DNA of 32,000 nucleotides from Pseudodesulfovibrio piezophilus C1TLV30 (lineage in GTDB: Bacteria; Desulfobacterota; Desulfovibrionia; Desulfovibrionales; Desulfovibrionaceae), in NCBI RefSeq assembly GCF_000341895.1, contig NC_020409.1:2520001-2552000 (forward strand). The letters run 5' to 3'. How positions within the stretch are numbered: the stretch's first letter is position 1; every line of letters begins with the position of its first letter. The position numbers and the translations under genes are program-made. Positions 26,582 through 32,000 of this stretch are shown here, piece after piece. Under the pieces are notes generated by a model, which was not told the origin of the DNA, ran no database searches, and saw only the letters and a program-made list of their open reading frames with translations.

Positions 26582-26625
26582 GGATCACTGATAGCGCAAA
26601 GGCACGCATTTTGGAATGGCGATGT

Positions 26626-27456
26626 CTAAAGGAAAAGCAGGAGGGAAAGCGCCATGACGGCCATGCCGGTGATCAGTCCGTAAATGGAATGGTGATGCTC
26701 TCCGTATTCCTCAGCAGCGGGCAATAATTGATCGAGGGAAATGAAGACCATGATTCCGCCGACTCCGGCAAAGAGGACACCGAAGATGACGGGGGTAAAG
26801 AATGGCATGAGAATGAGATAGCCGACCAGTGCGCCTACAGGTTCGGACAAACCTGAGAGAAAAGAGAGAGTAAAGGCCTTTTTCCTGTCCCCAGTGGCAT
26901 AGAAAAGCGGGATGGACACGGCTATGCCTTCCGGGATGTTGTGGATGGCGATGGCCACTGCAATGGCCAGACCGAGTGCTGGATCAGTGAGAGCTGCGGT
27001 GAAAGTGGCGAGCCCTTCGGGAAAGTTGTGAATGGCGATGGCAATGGCCGCGAATATTCCCATGCGGCGCAGTTTATCAAAGTCGTGGGTCTCATCCTTG
27101 GGCAGAGCGGCTTTGCCCGCATCCATCTCCTCGATGGAGTGCATCTCATGCGGATTCTCATAACTGGGCACAAATTTATCAATGATCGCTATGAAGGCGA
27201 TGCCCCCAAAGAACGACGCCACAGTGACCCACTGGGCTGTGACGGCTCCCAACTCGGTCGTTAGCGCGTGGTTTGCCTTGACCACGATTTCCCAGAAGGA
27301 CACGTAGATCATGACTCCCGCAGAGAAGCCGAGTGAGAGCGAGAGGAATTTTGTGTTGGTCCGCTTGGTGAAAAAGGCGATGGCGGAGCCAATGCCGGTA
27401 CAAAGACCGGCGAAGAGGGTCAAGCCGAAGGCGTAGAGTACTGTTTGTGTGTCCAT
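26626..27456 (-). CDS. zupT: ZIP-family zinc transporter
   Basis: 276 aa from ATG 27456. Multi-TM, with paired [11 protein letters not shown] and [11 protein letters not shown] motifs. The 38-aa extension in the track is unlikely. Confidence 0.85.
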   Translation of the reverse strand: MDTQTVLYAFGLTLFAGLCTGIGSAIAFFTKRTNTKFLSLSLGFSAGVMIYVSFWEIVVKANHALTTELGAVTAQWVTVASFFGGIAFIAIIDKFVPSYENPHEMHSIEEMDAGKAALPKDETHDFDKLRRMGIFAAIAIAIHNFPEGLATFTAALTDPALGLAIAVAIAIHNIPEGIAVSIPLFYATGDRKKAFTLSFLSGLSEPVGALVGYLILMPFFTPVIFGVLFAGVGGIMVFISLDQLLPAAEEYGEHHHSIYGLITGMAVMALSLLLFL

Positions 27457-27620
27457 AAGGGGGATATTTACTACAAAAAGTCTTTTGGTGTCATTAGAAG
27501 AGATGTGTTTCCGGTTATTATTTGCATTTGGGAGCGCGAGAACGTTCAGGTGTGGCAGGTGGGAAAGCACCCGAAAGATTCCATTCTCTCAGCCAATCGG
27601 GGAGAATGGTCCCAAGGAAA

Positions 27621-27638
27621 GGAAGAAAGGTTTCTTCC
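27621..27638 (-). terminator. hairpin plus U-tract after rlmN
   Basis: Minus-strand GGAAGAAA-CC-TTTCTTCC followed by TTTCCTT, 16 nt after the rlmN stop. Confidence 0.4.
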
Positions 27639-27653
27639 GAAAGAGTTCGAGTA

Positions 27654-28688
27654 TTATTGCTGCTCGTCAGCCTTGAGCTGACCGCAGGCGGCCTTGATAT
27701 CCGATCCCATGGAGCGACGGATGAAGGCGGTCAGTCCATGATCCCAGAGCCGTTTTTCAAATGCTTCCACCTTGCCTCGTTCCGGTGCTCCGTACGGCAT
27801 TCCTTCCACTGCGTTATATGCAATGAGGTTGATCTTGCCTTTTCTCCGATCAACAAGCCGGGCCAGTTGGTCGGCCTGCTCCAGTGAGTCGTTGACATCC
27901 TTGAGGAGCAGGTATTCGAAGGTGATCCGTTCGCGAGGCCGCATGGGGTATGTCTTGAGGGCTGCCATGAGATCGTTCAGATGGACCTTGGCGGCCTTGG
28001 GCATGATTTTGGCGCGGAGTTCCTGAGTCGGGGCATGCAGTGAAATCGCGGGGAGTGCGACTTCGAGCTTGCCGAGAATCTTGAGTTTGTCGGGAAATCC
28101 GACTGTCGAGACCATGGACCGTCGCCAGGACAGGGACAGGCCTCGTTCACAGGGGAGGTCGTTGAGAACCTTGAGCAGGGTTTCCAGGTTGAGTAGAGGT
28201 TCGCCCATGCCCATGAATACGAGATTCTTGAGCGGATTCATGTTCTGGTCTTCCAGATATTGACGGCCGACAAGAATCTGTCCCATGATCTCGCCATAGC
28301 TCAGATTCCGTTCGAAACCGAGCAGCCCCGTATTGCAGAAGGTACATGCCATGGCACAGCCCACCTGGGTGGATAGGCATTGTGAGTATCTATCCTGCAT
28401 GGGAATGAGCACTGTCTCGATGAGTTTGCCGTCACCGAGCCGAAGCAGCAGCTTGATGGTGCCGTCCTTGGACTGCTGAACTCGAGCGATTTCCGGCCAC
28501 TGAATAGTAGCCATACTCATGAGCCTTTCCCGGAGCGGCTTGGACAGGTTGGTCATGCCGTCGATATGGCGCACTCGTTTTTGCCAGAGCCATTGCCAGA
28601 TCTGCTCCGCCCGGAACCGGGGGAGTTTCAGGTCCTCGGCCACAAAGGCTTCGAGGTCATTCTTGTTCAGTTCTATGAGATTCTGCAT
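27654..28688 (-). CDS. rlmN: 23S rRNA/tRNA (adenine-C2)-methyltransferase, radical SAM
   Basis: 344 aa. N-terminal FRAEQIWQWLW, radical-SAM cluster CAMACTFCNTG (C-x3-C-x2-C), MGMGEPL, and C-terminal DIKAACGQL. Confidence 0.95.
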   Translation of the reverse strand: MQNLIELNKNDLEAFVAEDLKLPRFRAEQIWQWLWQKRVRHIDGMTNLSKPLRERLMSMATIQWPEIARVQQSKDGTIKLLLRLGDGKLIETVLIPMQDRYSQCLSTQVGCAMACTFCNTGLLGFERNLSYGEIMGQILVGRQYLEDQNMNPLKNLVFMGMGEPLLNLETLLKVLNDLPCERGLSLSWRRSMVSTVGFPDKLKILGKLEVALPAISLHAPTQELRAKIMPKAAKVHLNDLMAALKTYPMRPRERITFEYLLLKDVNDSLEQADQLARLVDRRKGKINLIAYNAVEGMPYGAPERGKVEAFEKRLWDHGLTAFIRRSMGSDIKAACGQLKADEQQ

Positions 28689-28752
28689 TGCGAGTCCCTT
28701 GTGTATGGCGCGGGCAGGTGTGTCAAGGCGGGAGATGTTTCAATAAGGCGAG

Positions 28753-28783
28753 GGACCGGGCAGGGAAATGCCGTGCCCGGTCC
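28753..28783 (-). terminator. 10-bp GC-rich hairpin after the SNF transporter gene
   Basis: GGACCGGGCA-(11 nt)-TGCCCGGTCC lies 8 nt past the TAA at 28792-28794. The downstream tract is only moderately U-rich. Confidence 0.4.
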
Positions 28784-28791
28784 GATGATCT

Positions 28792-30153
28792 TTAGATAAG
28801 CCCGACTCCCTTGAGCAGGACAGCGACAACCAGCAGTGGTGAAATCCACTTCACGATGAAGGAATAGACGGTAATAACGGCTTCGTTGTTCAGCTTGCCA
28901 CGGTTACTTAGGGCGTGGCGGACTTTTTCCTCACCCCAGAGCCAACCGGCAAAGATGCAGATGAAGAAGCCGCCGATGGGCATGAGCAGGTTGGAGGAAA
29001 GGTAGTCATAGAAGTCGAAGAAGTTGAGTCCGAACAGCGTGACGTCACTCATGGTGGAAAAGGAAAGGGTGGCTGGAACACCGCAGATGGCAAGGCCGAT
29101 AGCGGTGAGAATGGTTGCTTTCTTGCGTGACCAACCCAGCCCGGACCCGATGAAAAAGGCGACCGGAACTTCAAAGAGCGAGAGCATGGCACCAATGGTC
29201 GCCAGGCCGGTGAGCACAAAAAAGACGATCATGAAGAACTGTCCCATGGGCATGGAGCTGAAGACGGCCGGAATGGTCATGAAGAGCAGGCCGGGACCGG
29301 CAGCCGGTTCGAATCCGTAGTTGAACACGGCTGGGAAGATGGCGATACCCGCCAGCAGGGAGACGGTCAGATCAGCCAGCATGACGCGAGTGGCGGTCAT
29401 GGGAGTATCGGCGTCGGAGCGGAAATAACTGCCGTAGGTCATCATGGTCCCCATGCCGATGGAAAGCTTGAAAAAGGCCAGTCCCATGGCCATGAGCACG
29501 ACTTCAGCGGTGACCTTGGAAAAATCCGGGTTGAAAAGAAAGGCGAGGCCTTCCATTGCCTTGGGGAGAGTCAGCGACCGAATGCAGACGATGATCAACA
29601 TGATCAGCAAGATGGGCATCAGGGTTTTAGTGGTTTTTTCGATTCCCCCTTTGACACCGCCGATGACAATGGCGCTGACCATGGCGAGCACTCCCCATTG
29701 CCAGAGCAGCGCCGTCATGGGTGCGGCCACGGTGGCTCCGAAAGCGGCTTCGCCTATTTGGGGATCAGTGGAATTGAGGGAACCGCTGATTGCCTGAACT
29801 ATGTAGCTGAAAATCCAGCCGACAACATCAGTGTAAAAAGACATGATGGCAAAAGCGGCCAGCACGCCGCCGACGCCTACAAGCATCCACAAGCGATTGT
29901 TCGGGGCCACTTTTCTCCAGGTGGTGATGGCGTTGGCACGCGCATGACGTCCCATCATTATTTCCGAGATCATGATGGGCAATCCGACGACTACGGTGGC
30001 GGCAAGATAGATGAAAAGAAATGCAGCGCCTCCGTTTTGGCCTGTCATGTATGGGAATTTCCAGATGTTTCCCAGTCCGACAGCGGATCCGAGGGTGGCT
30101 GTCAGCACACCGAGTTTTGTCGCGAACCCTTCGCGGCTTTGGTTGATAGACAT
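28792..30153 (-). CDS. sodium-dependent transporter, neurotransmitter:sodium symporter (SNF) family
   Basis: 453 aa and multi-TM, with the N-terminal signature GSAVGLGNIWKFPY. Confidence 0.9.
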   Translation of the reverse strand: MSINQSREGFATKLGVLTATLGSAVGLGNIWKFPYMTGQNGGAAFLFIYLAATVVVGLPIMISEIMMGRHARANAITTWRKVAPNNRLWMLVGVGGVLAAFAIMSFYTDVVGWIFSYIVQAISGSLNSTDPQIGEAAFGATVAAPMTALLWQWGVLAMVSAIVIGGVKGGIEKTTKTLMPILLIMLIIVCIRSLTLPKAMEGLAFLFNPDFSKVTAEVVLMAMGLAFFKLSIGMGTMMTYGSYFRSDADTPMTATRVMLADLTVSLLAGIAIFPAVFNYGFEPAAGPGLLFMTIPAVFSSMPMGQFFMIVFFVLTGLATIGAMLSLFEVPVAFFIGSGLGWSRKKATILTAIGLAICGVPATLSFSTMSDVTLFGLNFFDFYDYLSSNLLMPIGGFFICIFAGWLWGEEKVRHALSNRGKLNNEAVITVYSFIVKWISPLLVVAVLLKGVGLI

Positions 30154-30346
30154 ATGTATGGTCCTTTCGGTTATGAATTATCGCCTCCAGCGGCGTGGGA
30201 CCGATAGCGCGCCAGGCGCGTCTTTGCAACCTTTGGGGAAAAGGGTACGGTTTGGCAAAAAGGTTAGGGGGCCTTAAACATGGCGATGTTTTTCGTGCAG
30301 TTCCCATGGGATCGTCATGATGGAGTCTCTTTTTCCGGGGTTCTGC

Positions 30347-30368
30347 GGCCGGGGAGTGATCCCCGGCC
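30347..30368 (-). other. 9-bp GC hairpin directly after the scaffold gene
   Basis: GGCCGGGGA-GTGA-TCCCCGGCC lies 21 nt after the scaffold stop, with no U-run. It marks the point where phage-like sequence gives way to host genes. Confidence 0.45.
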
Positions 30369-30388
30369 AGTCTTTCACGAGGGCGGCC

Positions 30389-31228
30389 TTACAGACGGCT
30401 GCCAGGGATGTAATCGCCGGGATAGAGTGTCTCAAAGCCTTTGCGAACTGTTTTTACATATTCTGGGTCACGCTTGTTCGGGTCGTGATATCGCGGATCC
30501 TGCATCATTTCCCTGAGTTTTTCACGGGAGAGTTCCTCGCCCCAGCCTTGGCCCGGAGAGCGCATGCCGCTTTCCAGAACAAGTGGGGCAACCTTGGCAA
30601 AGGCATTGATCACGGCGGCGTGATCTCCGGCGCGGGTGGAGTCGAGAGCATGAATCAGTTCCTTGCCGCCCAGTGCTTCGGCTGCCCGCAGAGCCGAGTC
30701 GAGCATGTGCGGGGTTCGTCCGCGATGCACTGCCCGCAGGGATTCCAGTTCCCGTTCCCGAAGCTGGTTTGTCTCAGCCTGCATGGTATGGTGGGTGTCA
30801 ATGACCAGCGGAAGGAACCATTGGTACAGTCCTGCCACCTGCTCGGCAGTGAGGCCCAGTCGGAACGCCGCATTCTTGAACCCGTTGATCATGTCCTCCT
30901 GCATTTCATAGCCATCAGGCAGGTCGATGTCCGGCAAGGTATAGCCCTCAGGGTGATCGGGACGCCCCAGTGCGGAATAAAGGGTATTTCGCTGTTCGTC
31001 GTCTCCCTGACCCTCTGGAACACGAATATATCCTTCCGGGGTTTTGCCGAGCAGTCGTTGGGCGTGGACCAGGGCTTTGACGGCTTCATCCTTGGATGTA
31101 TAATTTTTCAGGGTAGGGTGTTCCCGTAAGGGAATTTCTTCTTCCCGGCCGTCCTCGCGGGCATTTTTGATGGTCCATTCCGCGGGCAGGGTCTGTTGCC
31201 AGTTCTGGGGGATGTTTTGGGTATTCAT
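30389..31228 (-). CDS. phage scaffolding / capsid assembly protein (podovirus type)
   Basis: 279 aa, GGAGA SD, start overlaps the upstream stop (ATGA). The pattern EHPTLKNYTSKDEAVKALVHAQRLLGK...PEGYTLPDIDLPDGYEMQEDMINGFKNAAFRLGLTAEQ is typical of podovirus scaffold proteins. It follows the portal. Confidence 0.65.
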   Translation of the reverse strand: MNTQNIPQNWQQTLPAEWTIKNAREDGREEEIPLREHPTLKNYTSKDEAVKALVHAQRLLGKTPEGYIRVPEGQGDDEQRNTLYSALGRPDHPEGYTLPDIDLPDGYEMQEDMINGFKNAAFRLGLTAEQVAGLYQWFLPLVIDTHHTMQAETNQLRERELESLRAVHRGRTPHMLDSALRAAEALGGKELIHALDSTRAGDHAAVINAFAKVAPLVLESGMRSPGQGWGEELSREKLREMMQDPRYHDPNKRDPEYVKTVRKGFETLYPGDYIPGSRL

Positions 31229-31452
31229 TGGAGTATCTCCTTGTTGATGAAGTTGGTTTCGTCACACATGTGTTTGACATGCAGGACCAGGGATCGTCGG
31301 CCTTCGTTGAAGTCGGTGCGGCCGGGGTCAGTGGAGAAATTAGAGCGCAGGAAACCTGCCCTTTTCTCCAGATCATCCATGATGGCCTGTCCGTCAGGGG
31401 TGTCAAAGATGCGCCTGTATGCGCAATGCAGTTCCAGGGGATCAAACGCCAC
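31225..31452 (-). CDS. small conserved podovirus head-module protein (Bbp19-like, as I recall the family)
   Basis: 75 aa. The GTG start overlaps the portal stop by 11 nt. The pattern YRRIFDTPDGQAIMDDLEKRAGF...NEGRRSLVLHV matches small proteins found between portal and scaffold in BPP-1-like phages. Confidence 0.55.
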   Translation of the reverse strand: MAFDPLELHCAYRRIFDTPDGQAIMDDLEKRAGFLRSNFSTDPGRTDFNEGRRSLVLHVKHMCDETNFINKEILQ

Positions 31453-32000
31453 GGGGACCCTCCATCTTTTGTGTTTCTGCTGTGCTTTCCGAAAGGGGAC
31501 CAGTCACTTGTTCGGCCATGGAGGAGGGGGGGGATGGTCGCTCTGCTTGGGCAGGCATTTTCTTGGCGAGTTTTCCGGCTCCACCCATGAATAAGTTCCA
31601 GGCTTCGGTGAGTATGTTCGGCCTATCCGTGTATGCCTCGGACAGGGTCTTGGCGATGGCTGCCGCATCCGCGACGGTTTTGGCTGTCATGGCAGATCCT
31701 TGGGATTTGCTTTTTTGCTCCCTGGCTGCGGCAACATCGCCTTCCGGCTTGAGGTAGTCTGCCGGAATGCCGAACAGGTCTGCCACGTGCCGGGCCATGC
31801 GGTCCGTATTGAAGTTGTCCATGATGCCGAAGGCGTCGCCTGTTCCCACCAGTGGAGAGAGGTACTGCATGGCCTGAGGGAGTCCCTGGGCCTCATAGAG
31901 CTTCTGGGCATGGGTGATGGGTGAAGTATACCGCACCTCAATGTCTTCCGGGGTCAATCCTTCCGGGAATGGCGGCAAGGCTCCGGCCCGGAGCATGATC
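31442..32000 (-). CDS. phage portal (head-to-tail connector) protein, C-terminal part; N-terminus outside window
   Basis: The frame is open to the right edge. The call rests on its position upstream of the Bbp19-like and scaffold genes and on a podovirus-connector-like C-terminal pattern (VRYTSPITHAQKLYEAQGL...DNFNTDRMARHVADLFGIP). Confidence 0.55.
   Translation of the reverse strand, partial: IMLRAGALPPFPEGLTPEDIEVRYTSPITHAQKLYEAQGLPQAMQYLSPLVGTGDAFGIMDNFNTDRMARHVADLFGIPADYLKPEGDVAAAREQKSKSQGSAMTAKTVADAAAIAKTLSEAYTDRPNILTEAWNLFMGGAGKLAKKMPAQAERPSPPSSMAEQVTGPLSESTAETQKMEGPRGV

Larger units (their letters stand above)
30389..32000 (-). mobile_element. podovirus-like prophage head-module fragment (continues beyond the right edge)
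   Basis: Three overlapping, translationally coupled phage structural genes. No integrase or att site is visible in the window. Confidence 0.6.

Noticed and set aside
30317-31129. 270-aa + ORF overlapping the scaffold gene
   Set aside because: The minus frame has an SD, ATGA coupling to the upstream gene and scaffold-like motifs. The + frame has none of these.

Overview
Chromosomal segment, mostly minus-strand genes. Gene content (flavoredoxin-type flavin reductase, sigma-54 and sigma-28 type promoters, HD-GYP, MCP, one UGA-selenocysteine gene) suggests a Desulfovibrionales-like anaerobe; this is inference only, since no search was possible. Left to right: (1) flavin reductase / Cys-rich U32-like protein / secreted alpha-beta hydrolase string (1-2289, minus). 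(2) A methyl-accepting chemotaxis protein whose periplasmic region holds two complete CZB zinc-binding motifs, then a tandem HD / HD-GYP protein. (3) An isolated T7-gp11-like podovirus adaptor gene (6338-6925, plus). (4) A secreted SNase-type nuclease and an MBL-fold hydrolase. (5) An isolated phage major capsid gene plus a small downstream gene (8742-9877, minus). (6) About 20.5 kb of housekeeping genes: asparaginase, a DsbA/FrnE-like gene whose CxxC cysteine codon is an in-frame TGA followed by a SECIS-like hairpin, glnD, glnK, amtB with a sigma-54 promoter, glycosyltransferase, Pat-type acetyltransferase, FlxA-like protein with a sigma-28 promoter, acs, PaaI thioesterase, Ser/Thr kinase fused to DUF1566, zupT, rlmN, SNF-family transporter. 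(7) A tightly coupled podovirus head-module fragment (portal C-terminus, small Bbp19-like gene, scaffold; 30389-32000, minus) that stops exactly where a capsid gene would be expected. The two most notable observations are the missed selenoprotein and the intact podovirus head genes that keep canonical order but are dispersed among core genes. I saw no rRNA, tRNA, CRISPR array, integrase or transposase. All family calls rest on motifs recognised by eye and need HMM/BLAST confirmation.
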